From an uncultured Paraglaciecola sp. (GTDB lineage Bacteria; Pseudomonadota; Gammaproteobacteria; Enterobacterales; Alteromonadaceae): DNA of 64,000 nt. Below the pieces are notes generated by a model that worked only from the letters and a program-made list of their open reading frames with translations, made no database searches and was not told the DNA's origin. The stretch's first letter is position 1. Each line of letters opens with the position of its first letter. Shown here one piece after another: positions 38,244 to 47,332 of the stretch. Both the position numbers and the translations under genes were made by a program. The stretch covers positions 10,222 through 74,221 of the forward strand of contig CANMKA010000019.1 in assembly GCA_947498355.1 (NCBI GenBank), in the 5' to 3' direction.

Positions 38244-39072
38244 AGACAACGTAGAACAATGGGATAGACTGCGTAATAAAATAGAGTCCAAGAAAGGAGG
38301 TTGGGTCATAGGTGATGCGGTGTATAACCATGGTTACCGCATGATGCAAGATTTAGTCGGCTCCTCTAGCTATTTCCAAGTATTGGTATTGAACATCACC
38401 GGAAGGCTTCCTTCCAAAAACATTACAAAGTGGTTAGAAGCTAGCTTTATTTGTTTAAGCTGGCCTGACCCTCGAATATGGTGTAACCAAATAGGTGCAT
38501 TGGCGGGAACAATCCAAGCATCTTGCCCATCCGCTGTTTCAGGAGGAATGTTAGCCGCTGACTCTAGAATGTATGGAGCGGGCACCATGCGAGCTTGCAT
38601 GGAGTTTATTGTTAAAGCAGGGCAACAAGCAAACAAAGGAAAAACAATCTCTGAAATAGTTGATAATGAATTAGCGTTAAAAGCCAAACAATTGAAATCT
38701 AAGCCCGTTATATCAGGATATGCACGGCCTATAGCCTCTGGTGATGAACGTGTTACCGCAATGCAACGAGTAGGTAGAGATCTAGGTTTCAGTGTTGGAC
38801 ATCATGAAAATATCGCCATACAAATTCATAATGAATTACATGAAAAGTATGACGACGGCATTAACGTTGCTGGATATTGTGCAGCTCTATTATCTGATTT
38901 TGGTTATACCCCACTAGAGAGTGAACGGATTTATGCGACATGGGTAAACTCTGGTATTCATGCTTGTTACGCTGAGGCAGCAGATAAACCGGAGCTTACT
39001 TTTCTACCCATGAGGTGCGATGACATTGATTACCATGGGCCTACAATCCGTAAACTCCCTAAATCACAGTAG
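38227..39072 (+). CDS. Citrate-synthase-fold protein 2, paralogue-like, catalytic residues apparently substituted
   Basis: 17-nt overlap with protein 1. ITGRLPSKN, GYARPI in place of GFGHRV, INVAGY in place of PNVDFY, GIHACYAE in place of GWxAHxxE. Confidence 0.55.
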   Translation: MSYKNKDNVEQWDRLRNKIESKKGGWVIGDAVYNHGYRMMQDLVGSSSYFQVLVLNITGRLPSKNITKWLEASFICLSWPDPRIWCNQIGALAGTIQASCPSAVSGGMLAADSRMYGAGTMRACMEFIVKAGQQANKGKTISEIVDNELALKAKQLKSKPVISGYARPIASGDERVTAMQRVGRDLGFSVGHHENIAIQIHNELHEKYDDGINVAGYCAALLSDFGYTPLESERIYATWVNSGIHACYAEAADKPELTFLPMRCDDIDYHGPTIRKLPKSQ

Positions 39073-39080
39073 GCTATACC

Positions 39081-40892
39081 CTAGCCTCCTGGCGTTGCAG
39101 ATTCACCATTCACCGCTATGCCTTTAATACGGTCTCCCATAGGCGGTACTTCTTCCTTATCAATTCTAAAATCAATCAAGGTGGGGCCTTTTTTCGCAAA
39201 TAAACGTTTGTAATTAACTTTCGCTAAATCTTGCATAGAGTTAACGACTATTCCCTCTACCCCCATGGCATCTGCCATTTGTGCAAAGTTGACTTGGCCT
39301 AGCTCAAAACCGGTTTCAGCAGCCCCGCCTAAGCGTTGACCATGCATTACCATACCCAAAACACTATCATTCAATATCATGTAAATAATCGGTAATTCGA
39401 GCTGCTTAGCAACAGTAAGCTCTTGGGCGCTCATCAAATAACTTCCATCACCAGTAATACAAATATGCGGCTCTTTGCCCTTTGATGCAGATGCAGAACC
39501 AATTACTGCACCAATAGCCCAAGCCATTGCACCTAAGCCCATAGCTAAATGAAACTTACCGTCATGCTCAGCTCGTTGATAATATTGAATACTCCACGCC
39601 CATGCGTTACCTGCATCCACAAAGACTCGAGTATCAATAGGCATAGCAAGGCTCAAATGGCTAAATAAGCGCTGAGGTTTAATTAATTGCTGGTCTTGAT
39701 CTGACTTACATTTATGTTCATCGTACAAACTAGTGCGGCAGCCATTAACGTTGACGCCGACTGGCTGCGGCGCACTCCCCCATTCTTTATTCCAATATCG
39801 CTGAGCACGATGCATTTTTTCATTGAGTATCCGAAAAATAGTGGGCAAATGTCCACAGACCTGAAGCCTTGCCATATGTGAACGCGTAAAATGCTCTAAC
39901 CTTGAATCCACATGAATGAGTTTTTCGTTGATGAGTTTGCTAGACCAGCCCCCCGTCCCCAATTCTCCTAAAGCTGCACCCACGGCAATCACAAGATCGA
40001 TTTCATTATTAGTGTCTTTTAGCAGTGCTTTAGCACTTTCATGCCCACCAAAACCAAACACACCTCGATAGAGAGGGTGCGTTTCATCCACCCACCTCTT
40101 ACCCATAGGGCCGGACACAAACTGGGCATTGATTTGCTCGGCAAAACGCATTATCTCGACGGACGCATCACGACAACCATTGCCTACGTAGAGCACAATA
40201 TTATCGACTCGCTGCAACTCCAATACCATTTGGTCAATAGCCCCTTGGTCAATCAAGGTATGCCTACTGCTTGATACCTTCTCAATAGATTGAGCTGGCA
40301 CCTTAGCTAAGGTCCGTAACACATCTGACGGGATACTAATATGTACAGGGCCTGCAGGTTCGGTTTGAGCCGTCATCAAGGCCGACACTAACTTATTTTC
40401 TAGTTGCTCAAAATGACTGACCATAGTGCTGTGTTTAGTGCAATGGTCGAACATTGCAACTGTATTGATTGAAGCGCAAGACGAATCCTGAAGGGCACGT
40501 TTGCCAAATTTAGGCAAAGGCGTTTGGGCGGTAATGACCAACATTGGCACATTATCGGCGTAAGCTCCTGCTACCCCAGTGATTAGATTGGTTGCACCTG
40601 GGCCAGTGGTCGAGCAACATACTCCCACTTTACCCGTCTCTCTGGCATAGCCATCGGCCATAAAGGCTGCACCAGACTCGTGACGCGCAACCACAGATTT
40701 AATACCACCCTGCTCTTCTCGCTTGTGCATAGCGTTATATAAGGGCTCAATTGCCCCGCCAGGTACACCAAAAATATACTCAATGCCTAATTGTTCCAAA
40801 TAATTGACAATGACATCGGCATATAAATCGGGTTGTTTTTGACTTTCTGTCTTCATGTTAATATCTGCTACAGACATCACTCTACCATCCAC
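39081..40892 (-). CDS. Thiamine-pyrophosphate-dependent enzyme (acetolactate synthase large-subunit-like)
   Basis: N-terminal TPP-Pyr domain (GIEYIFGVPGGAIEPLYNA...ARHESGAAFMADGYAR...TTGPGATNL). C-terminal TPP-binding motif (ITGDGSYLMSAQEL...LNDSVLGMV). Convergent with 38227..39072, only 8 nt apart. Confidence 0.85.
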   Translation of the reverse strand: MDGRVMSVADINMKTESQKQPDLYADVIVNYLEQLGIEYIFGVPGGAIEPLYNAMHKREEQGGIKSVVARHESGAAFMADGYARETGKVGVCCSTTGPGATNLITGVAGAYADNVPMLVITAQTPLPKFGKRALQDSSCASINTVAMFDHCTKHSTMVSHFEQLENKLVSALMTAQTEPAGPVHISIPSDVLRTLAKVPAQSIEKVSSSRHTLIDQGAIDQMVLELQRVDNIVLYVGNGCRDASVEIMRFAEQINAQFVSGPMGKRWVDETHPLYRGVFGFGGHESAKALLKDTNNEIDLVIAVGAALGELGTGGWSSKLINEKLIHVDSRLEHFTRSHMARLQVCGHLPTIFRILNEKMHRAQRYWNKEWGSAPQPVGVNVNGCRTSLYDEHKCKSDQDQQLIKPQRLFSHLSLAMPIDTRVFVDAGNAWAWSIQYYQRAEHDGKFHLAMGLGAMAWAIGAVIGSASASKGKEPHICITGDGSYLMSAQELTVAKQLELPIIYMILNDSVLGMVMHGQRLGGAAETGFELGQVNFAQMADAMGVEGIVVNSMQDLAKVNYKRLFAKKGPTLIDFRIDKEEVPPMGDRIKGIAVNGESATPGG

Positions 40893-41050
40893 TTAACGTA
40901 TTGATTTAAAAGAAGGTGCTAAGTAACAAAGAGGTCACAACGACAGGCACCGAGTATGAGTTAACTCTACAATGCCCTGAAAATTTAGGAAGGTTTTTTA
41001 AGAATGTAAAGACAGTGAAGGGTATTAAAAAAAATACTCAAATGAAAAAA

Positions 41051-43528
41051 CTAACGACTAGCCAGTTCTGTTACCGGCATCGGGCGACTAATATGATAGC
41101 CTTGCAAGTAATCCACACCTAATTGGCGAAGTTTAAGCAAAGTCTCTTCGTCTTCGACGAACTCCGCCACTGTGGTTTTATTCAAAGATTTAGCAATATC
41201 ACAAATAGCTTTAACTATTGCCAAATCAATCGAATTAGTCAGCATATCTTTGACAAATGAACCATCAATTTTTACGCAATTGGCTGGCAAGTCTTTTAAG
41301 TAACTAAAGGTACTAAAGCCCGTACCAAAGTCATCGATTGAAAATTCGCACCCTAGTTCCATAAGTTGATTTATCATTTTTTGCGTGGCATTGAGGTTAC
41401 TCATACTCGCACTTTCGGTCACTTCAAATATGATCTGTTCAGGGTTCACTTGGTACTGTTCGAGTTTTTGCTGAATAATCGGCATAAGCCTCTCATCGCC
41501 AAAGGCCTGGGCCGACAAGTTAATTGCAACCTTAGTGAGAATTGAATTTTGGCTAATCATGAAAATGGCTTTCGAGATCACCTGATGATCTAACAGTGTC
41601 ATGTCTTCGGCTCTTTCGAGGGCTGGAATAAATTCCCCAGGCATCACCAGTTTACCGTCAATTTGCAGCCTCACTAAAGCCTCGTAATATGCTATTTGAT
41701 TGCTAGAAGAGTCGATAACAGGCTGAAAATGTAACACCAATTGGTCATCAAAAATCGCCTCTTGCAACGTTCTTACCCAATTCACCGATGCTTGAAAATC
41801 TCCGCTTTCTCGGTCGTCTGGGGTATATACATGAACTAAATTTCGGCCTCGTTTCTTGGCTACGTATAAGGATATATCAGCTTGCTGCAGATACGTTTCT
41901 GGTTGAGTCGCAGAGCCGTTTATTTCGGATAAGCCAACACTCCCACTGATTTGAAAAACCGCTTCACCAAATTGATAATGGCCTTGATGCAATATATCGC
42001 AAACATTTTGGGCAATACGCACAGACGTTTCTTTCGGGGTATGGGGCAGCAATAAAGCAAACTCATCGCCACCTATCCGACAGATTATATCGTCGTCACG
42101 CTTAATACCATTAAGATTAGCTGCGACTTCTTTTAGTACGACATCGCCTTGATGATGCCCTTGAGTGTCATTAATAATTTTAAAGCGGTCTAAATCTAAA
42201 TACAGCAAGCTATGTACATGCTTGTGATCTAATGCCGAGTTAGCCAACTCAATGAGTTTTTCATCAAAATAATGCCGATTAAAAAGTCCTGTCAGGGTGT
42301 CGTGAGAGGCCAGATAATTTAACTCTAACTGAGCTTGCTTACGCTCGTTAATATTATCTATGGTTGCGGTTACCCCTACTACTCTGTCATTTAGGTTAAT
42401 GTCATCTAAAATCGCTTCGACCCAAATTAACTGACCTTGCTTATGCTTGATTTGAAATTCAATCCCTTGGGTAGCTGTTTGCTGGCGCATCACCAAATCA
42501 ATATTGTCGGTAAGCAATGTTGCATTTTGAGATCTCGAGCCCTCAATAAAATTGGTTAAACACTTACCTTGACTCTCTGCCTCTGAGTATCCCGTTAATT
42601 CTGTCCAAGCTTGATTAGCAAACAAGATGCGACCATTCGGATCGAGTTCCATAATCACAGTAGACAGATGTTCAAGTAGCCGATTGTGGGTTTCGTATAA
42701 TTGTCTGAATTTTTCTTTACTGCTTTCTATGGTTTGTACTTTCTCAGCAAACTGGGCATTACTGATTAAAAAGTTTTCTCTATGGGCAGCAATAGAGATA
42801 ACTTTTCGCAACTGTTCGGCCCTAAAAGGCTTAGAAATAAAATCAACCGCGCCTTGGCTCATTAGGTTACCCGCAAGATCCGTATCTCCGTGTGCCGTCA
42901 TGATAACCACTGCCTGTTTTGGATTTACTGCAATAATTTGCTCTAATACTTGAGCACCGCTTATTTCTGGGAGCTGAACATCCAGCAACACAATATCAAA
43001 TAGCCCTTTTTGATACATATCAACGGCTTGTTGGCCATCTGTCGCTAGTTGAATCTGATAATGCTTAGACAAAATTCGCTGAATGAGCTCAGCAATATCA
43101 GGCTCATCTTCAACGATCAACAAAGACAACATTCCCCTGCTAGTCTCTCTATTATGTACCGCATTCAACACTGTATTAGCGAGATGGTCTAGTTGATTTT
43201 GTGGCAGTACCTTGTCAATATCGAAAGCCGATGCAGTGGTATCGGCTAAGTGTTCACAATGAGTATCAGCAATTAAAATGAAGGGAGTATCGCTAGAGCA
43301 CTTGAATAAATTCGCACGTATCATACGTGCAAGTCGCCAACCGTCTAATTGGTCTATGTCATCGTCAGACACTATTACATCTAGCTCAACATCCTTTAAA
43401 ATAGTAAGAGCTTGTTGACTATCGCTTGCCTTGAATAGGGTGACATCTGTATTTGCTAGCAATTTTTCAACTTTTACAAACCTAGACGGCTCTAAGGTGA
43501 TGACTAAGACTGATATACTTGACGACAA
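41051..43528 (-). CDS. REC-REC-PAS-GGDEF-EAL c-di-GMP turnover response regulator
   Basis: The second receiver is canonical (LLIVEDEPD...IVLLDVQLPEISG). PAS, GGDEF (RIGGDEFALLL), EAL (YYEALVRL, DDFGTGFS, KIDGSF). TTG start. Confidence 0.9.
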   Translation of the reverse strand: MSSSISVLVITLEPSRFVKVEKLLANTDVTLFKASDSQQALTILKDVELDVIVSDDDIDQLDGWRLARMIRANLFKCSSDTPFILIADTHCEHLADTTASAFDIDKVLPQNQLDHLANTVLNAVHNRETSRGMLSLLIVEDEPDIAELIQRILSKHYQIQLATDGQQAVDMYQKGLFDIVLLDVQLPEISGAQVLEQIIAVNPKQAVVIMTAHGDTDLAGNLMSQGAVDFISKPFRAEQLRKVISIAAHRENFLISNAQFAEKVQTIESSKEKFRQLYETHNRLLEHLSTVIMELDPNGRILFANQAWTELTGYSEAESQGKCLTNFIEGSRSQNATLLTDNIDLVMRQQTATQGIEFQIKHKQGQLIWVEAILDDINLNDRVVGVTATIDNINERKQAQLELNYLASHDTLTGLFNRHYFDEKLIELANSALDHKHVHSLLYLDLDRFKIINDTQGHHQGDVVLKEVAANLNGIKRDDDIICRIGGDEFALLLPHTPKETSVRIAQNVCDILHQGHYQFGEAVFQISGSVGLSEINGSATQPETYLQQADISLYVAKKRGRNLVHVYTPDDRESGDFQASVNWVRTLQEAIFDDQLVLHFQPVIDSSSNQIAYYEALVRLQIDGKLVMPGEFIPALERAEDMTLLDHQVISKAIFMISQNSILTKVAINLSAQAFGDERLMPIIQQKLEQYQVNPEQIIFEVTESASMSNLNATQKMINQLMELGCEFSIDDFGTGFSTFSYLKDLPANCVKIDGSFVKDMLTNSIDLAIVKAICDIAKSLNKTTVAEFVEDEETLLKLRQLGVDYLQGYHISRPMPVTELASR

Positions 43529-43840
43529 AAGCTTTTGGCAACCATGTTGTTAATTAATGGTTAAACACTCTACCTGTTAATAACGCAGACAACAATCCGC
43601 TTCATAAAAATTTCACCAAAAATCTAAAGTATTCATATTATTCATATAGTTACGTAGAAAAAACAAACAATAAACAGACAAAAACATATAGATAAGCCAT
43701 TCCAACTCGTAGATTTGCGACTAAAGTATTAGATTCATACAAAAGTCAAATAAAGGCATATTTATCAATGAATTATAAAAACCTGTAGCGTACGCCGTGC
43801 CTCCTATCTAAAATTTGCATGTTGCATGCCTAATCATAAT

Positions 43841-44410
43841 TTATTGAATAGGGGTTAAATCACATTGATACCAAGCCTGCTTTAGATCCCAAAACTCAGC
43901 ACCTACTTTCAACATTATACCCCTTGCTATTGGCGGGCTACGCAGATAAGGCATCCACCGCAGTAGATTGTCATTTTGGGTGTACCAACCCGTAGTTTTA
44001 ATCTTGAACTTTTTTTGATCGTGAGATAGAGCAACAATGAGACCTTGCCCTTGCACTTTGGCTGGAAAACTTCCTCTAACACCGTCAGAGTCGGTCACAT
44101 AGTATGTCACCTCGATATTGTCTTTACAGACCTGCTTGTTCAGAAGTGGGGAATCATTCTTAGGGTGCTTAGACATGTTAACAGGTGCATTGGGAGGTAC
44201 AACAGTCGAAGTAAAATCATCAGCTTTGAGGTCAACTTTAGTCGGATGTGGAGCAAAGTCCTCAAAAGCTTCGGCCTCAATCGTTGTTTTTGGTAGTTGA
44301 GGAACTATTGTAGGTACATTCAGCACCTTTGGCTCTTGTTGCACGATTTCTGTGGTAGATTGACAACCACTTAACGCGACTACCCCAACGCTCCAAAGAG
44401 CAAATTTCAT
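43841..44410 (-). CDS. Hypothetical lipoprotein
   Basis: MKFALWSVGVVALSGC lipobox from the internal ATG at 44410. No recognised domain. Confidence 0.55.
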   Translation of the reverse strand: MKFALWSVGVVALSGCQSTTEIVQQEPKVLNVPTIVPQLPKTTIEAEAFEDFAPHPTKVDLKADDFTSTVVPPNAPVNMSKHPKNDSPLLNKQVCKDNIEVTYYVTDSDGVRGSFPAKVQGQGLIVALSHDQKKFKIKTTGWYTQNDNLLRWMPYLRSPPIARGIMLKVGAEFWDLKQAWYQCDLTPIQ

Positions 44411-44584
44411 CCTCTTGGCTTTTAAACCATATTCAGCCATCTCAATTCCTTGTGCAAGCTCGTATATTAGCCAGTAATGCTATCATCGCACTTCTGAAAA
44501 GTATTACGTTTTCAAGCACTAAGAAACGCCGAGCGAAAGTAGTTTCATATTGTATATCAAACCGTTTGAAAAATGCTCACCCAC

Positions 44585-44956
44585 TTAGTCAAAAACGTAG
44601 GGGCAGCCACTGTATTCATTAAAAGCATCGTGCCAACGCTGAACGTCATTTGCACGCCGCCACCTTGAGTGAAAAAACTGCATCAAACAATGGCCCTTGC
44701 CTACCTGCACTAAAAAGGTATCGAATTCTTCAACATCACTGTAAGTGGGATAAACCTCAGATTTACCCCAATATTTAGCATCATTCGTCTTAGCAAAGTC
44801 ATGCCAAAATACCTTCATACTCACCCATTCTTTTTTGCTTGCACTCCACGCGAGGTAAGAGCCACCAGCCCCTGCTTTCACAAAACCGTTATTATGTTCC
44901 TCAGCTTGAACCTGCCCAATGAGCAACAACAAAAATATGCATACAAGTACCTTCAT
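44585..44956 (-). CDS. Hypothetical small secreted protein
   Basis: 123 aa with a signal peptide (MKVLVCIFLLLLIGQVQA). Confidence 0.5.
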   Translation of the reverse strand: MKVLVCIFLLLLIGQVQAEEHNNGFVKAGAGGSYLAWSASKKEWVSMKVFWHDFAKTNDAKYWGKSEVYPTYSDVEEFDTFLVQVGKGHCLMQFFHSRWRRANDVQRWHDAFNEYSGCPYVFD

Positions 44957-45050
44957 GGTGCCTCCAAATATGGGCCTCGCCCGTATTTAATTCTAAAATG
45001 TGCAGTAAAAAACCGCTTACAGCCTCTCAACAACCATACTATGTCACAAC

Positions 45051-45740
45051 TTACGTTCGTACCCCATAGACAAAGCTGCAATTTGGAAAAACATGATGAG
45101 AGCTTAACGGCTTTAGCTCTAGCAAAGCCACCTTTCCAATGATATCAGTGAGATGACTTTCATGAATTTCAAAATAGAAATTCCACTTGTTATTTGAAGA
45201 AACTAATTGAACATAGGGGTAGCCCGTCAACGCCCAATGGCCAGTTTTATGCTGGGATTTAGTGTTAGGCTCATTTTTGTAGGTTATCTGGTAAGTATTA
45301 TCTGGGTTAAGTTTCAATTTGGCAGATAATTCACACTTGTCACTTGTGTATTGGTTAGCCAAGTCTTGAATGCCCACCCTGTTACTTCTCTCCACTCCCT
45401 TAGACATCAAAAACAAGCCAACGCTGTTCTTCGAATACCAGTGATTGCCCTTAAACAAAAGCTGTACATCGATATCTGGCCACCCTAGTTCACCGGTTGC
45501 ACTTACAAGATTGGTAAGACTAGCTTCATCTTGGATAAGAGGCGAATAAATTACCGTAGGGTGTTGTATTTCTGTTGGAAAATCTAGTGTATTGTCCTCC
45601 ACGTCATACCCCAAGGTTTCCAGTTTTTGGGTGATTAAAAGTACGTCATCATCTGATAAGTACCGCTTATACAAATGTACTTTTGTTGTAGAGCAGCCAC
45701 ATAAAAAAACCAAAAATAAAGTCGCACTGATGCATTTCAA
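45051..45740 (-). CDS. Hypothetical lipoprotein
   Basis: 229 aa with lipobox LVFLCGC. Confidence 0.55.
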   Translation of the reverse strand: MKCISATLFLVFLCGCSTTKVHLYKRYLSDDDVLLITQKLETLGYDVEDNTLDFPTEIQHPTVIYSPLIQDEASLTNLVSATGELGWPDIDVQLLFKGNHWYSKNSVGLFLMSKGVERSNRVGIQDLANQYTSDKCELSAKLKLNPDNTYQITYKNEPNTKSQHKTGHWALTGYPYVQLVSSNNKWNFYFEIHESHLTDIIGKVALLELKPLSSHHVFPNCSFVYGVRT

Positions 45741-46007
45741 ATTATCACTATCCTGGTTTATACCGTTATTGCCACAAAGATCCCTAGAGTGGGCTGGTAA
45801 AAAGAGACCAACTAAGATTCGCTCAACGAACGATAAAGTAAATTACAACGACTGCCACTACGAGACTATTTACAGCATCGCTTTTCTTTAAATTTAATTG
45901 CCTATAACTTTGCCTTGAACTAATAAATCTTGTGAAGTTTTTTGCACCCCCTGTTGATTTTCCAGTTTTTGGCTTTTAACTGGCTGAATGGGTCTGTAAT
46001 ATGCCGA

Positions 46008-46280
46008 TTACTCTGCAAACTTTACGTTCGCATTTGCCATATTCAACGCGGATAATAAACCTAGCACGTTACATGATGTATCAATAGATATTTCAACTAT
46101 GCCATTTGCTAACAAGTTATCAGATATTACTTTTAACTCTCTAAGATATACCAACGTATTTAAATTAATCGCTTTACTCATTGCGACTTTATTCACGTTT
46201 TCAAAACCTTCGATGACAATTTTAGGTATTAACTTTCCTAGCATATAACAACTTAGTGTTTTAACGAGCCCGGTGTTCAA
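46008..46280 (-). CDS. Hypothetical 90-aa protein (weak STAS-like look)
   Basis: ORF only. The IDTSCNVLGLL segment is faintly STAS-like. May not be a real gene. Confidence 0.3.
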   Translation of the reverse strand: MNTGLVKTLSCYMLGKLIPKIVIEGFENVNKVAMSKAINLNTLVYLRELKVISDNLLANGIVEISIDTSCNVLGLLSALNMANANVKFAE

Positions 46281-46379
46281 CCCGCGTTAAATAGCCCGTT
46301 CAACGCGATTAATTTGGTATGACTGATGCTAATGGAATTTGTATTTTTTAGGAAGAGCCAATGGGTAACTTAATTCATT

Positions 46380-47260
46380 GCCTCTGTGAACTCAATGTCC
46401 TCTGTGGTTCAAAGCTTTTACTTTTGGTCTCTTCAAAATGCGTTAAAAGATTAGATTCCAGCTCAAAAGCCTGCTGGAATGACGAGGTATGGGGTGTTGT
46501 TTGTCTCTTCTCTCTTTTGCTATTCACTATCTTCTAGCTACTTTCCCCTGCTCTTGCCTACTTTCCTCTGTGCGCTCCGTGTCCTCTGTGGTTCAAAGCT
46601 TTTGCTCTTTCTTGCCCCTATTTACTAGCTACTATTTACTGCTTTGAGCCTTTGGATTCCAGATCAAAAGACTTCTGGAATGACGAAAGTGGGGGCTCGT
46701 TAGTCTGGGCTCTTAGGGCTTTTTCTTTGCTCTTCCTATCTACTATCTACTATTTTCTAGATACCATTTACTAGCTACTTTCCCCTGCTCTTGCCTACTC
46801 TCCTCTGTGCGCTCAGTGTCCTCTGTGATTCAAAGCTTTTGCTCTTTCTTGCCCCTATTTACTAGCTACTATTTACTGCTTTGGGCCTTTGGATTCCAGA
46901 TCAAAAGACCTCTGGAATGACGAAAGGGAGCTCGTTAGTCTGGGCTCTTAGGGCTTTTTCTTTGCTCTTCCTATCTACTATTTTCTAGATACCATTTACT
47001 AGCTACTTTCCCCTGCTCTTGCCTACTTTCCTCTGTGCGCTCCGTGTCCTCTGTGGTTCAAAGCTTTTGCTCTCTCTTGCCCCTATTTACTAGCTACTAT
47101 TTACTGCTTTGAGCCTTTGGATTCCAGATCAAAAGACTTCTGGAATGACGAAAGTGGGGGTATGTCTCTGCTCTTTTTGTCGCTATCTACTATCTCCCAC
47201 GTCCTACCTACTTTTACTGTCTCCCCTCTGCCGCTTTTACCTTTTTTGTCGCAAACATAA
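46380..47260. repeat. Tandem array of a composite REP-like element: units of ~200, 237 and 228 bp plus a partial fourth
   Basis: The hairpin module GGATTCCAGATCAAAAGACTTCTGGAATGACGAAAG recurs at ~46454, 46654, 46891 and 47119. Units 2 and 3 are near-identical apart from a 9-bp indel. The plus strand is strongly pyrimidine-rich. Confidence 0.9.
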
Positions 47261-47286
47261 AAAAGCCCGCTTTGTGGGCGGGCTAA
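47258..47286 (-). terminator. Rho-independent terminator of lysS
   Basis: Minus strand reads AGCCCGC-CCACAAA-GCGGGCTTTTTTATG. Confidence 0.8.
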
Positions 47287-47332
47287 GTGTTTTTTTATGA
47301 CTATTCGAAAATAGACTTAGAGCGAGATTGAT

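Noticed and set aside
42627-42953. Antisense ORFs inside large genes (42627..42953, 58062..58397, 58588..58935, 61512..61859, 62260..62664 and others)
   Set aside because: All lie within confidently identified genes on the opposite strand and have biased composition. Treated as shadow ORFs.
46380-47260. Possible CRISPR array
   Set aside because: The repeat units are ~200-237 bp and are themselves the repeated material. There are no short direct repeats separated by unique spacers, and no cas genes in the window.
46380-47260. CsrB/Rsm-like GGA-rich sRNA encoded on the minus strand of the array
   Set aside because: There are only ~6 GGA per unit in a purine-rich strand, little above chance. 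I saw no clear promoter or terminator framing a unit. Unsupported without RNA data.
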